Source of the DNA: a virus
Length of the DNA: 64,000 nt
IMG/VR virus record: IMGVR_UViG_3300028920_002946
Span: 32,001 to 96,000 of that record
Direction: 5' to 3' (one strand)
Each line of letters opens with the position of its first letter. The stretch's first letter is position 1. The notes beneath the pieces were generated by a model. It was not told the origin of the DNA and did no database searches. It was given only the letters and a program-made list of their open reading frames with translations. Shown here piece by piece: positions 63,958 to 64,000 of the stretch. Both the position numbers and the translations under genes were made by a program.

Positions 63958-63971
63958 ATGAATAGATTATT
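63958..63971 (-). promoter_or_regulatory. Candidate late promoter (scaffold-decoration-MCP operon)
   Basis: AATAATCTATTCAT. Confidence 0.65.
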
Positions 63972-64000
63972 AGAATTGCGCCGCCGGATTCTATCCGCCG

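Noticed and set aside
1-64000. Stop-codon reassignment, tRNA/rRNA genes, DGR or retron
   Set aside because: TAA, TAG and TGA all end genes with tight packing under the standard code. No cloverleaf, rRNA, reverse transcriptase or template/variable repeat pair was recognised by eye.

Overview
This window is the virion-morphogenesis region of a large, GC-rich (about 60-68%) contractile-tailed dsDNA phage (myovirus), or its prophage. Every credible gene is on the minus strand, so transcription runs right to left. In transcription order the genes are: scaffold-like protein, capsid decoration protein, HK97-type major capsid protein, an accessory block (58.3-39 kb), head-tail adaptor, surface beta-helix/PKD proteins, neck protein, actin-like ATPase, NUDIX, tail terminator, sheath, tube, two tail chaperones, tape measure, two tube-initiator proteins, baseplate hub, gp5/VgrG-like spike, a three-repeat spike-adjacent protein and a giant structural ORF (>2690 aa) that runs off the left edge and is absent from the ORF track. 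Six things stand out. (1) Two paralogous HTH-LAGLIDADG-DNA methyltransferase fusion genes each have a TTGACA-N17-TATATT sigma70 promoter and an apparently leaderless ATG, and each sits just upstream of a late-promoter motif. (2) A shared ~35-aa helical tag (consensus D-x-IA-xx-LESKG-x-xx-EA-xx-x-D-x-V-[S/A]-N-x-[I/V]-[E/D]-A) is attached to unrelated cargo domains, suggesting a capsid-packaging signal. (3) A four-domain glycosyltransferase lies near small structural proteins enriched in G-x-T-G motifs, suggesting virion glycosylation. (4) An NDT-like domain is fused to a 2H-phosphoesterase (Acb1-like) domain. (5) A DUF2778/Tlde1-like peptidoglycan enzyme domain is fused to a baseplate protein. 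(6) A 14-bp intergenic motif, AATnnTCTnnT(A/C)AT, occurs upstream of 12 genes and is a candidate phage late promoter. All product calls come from motif recognition and gene order; no database search was run.
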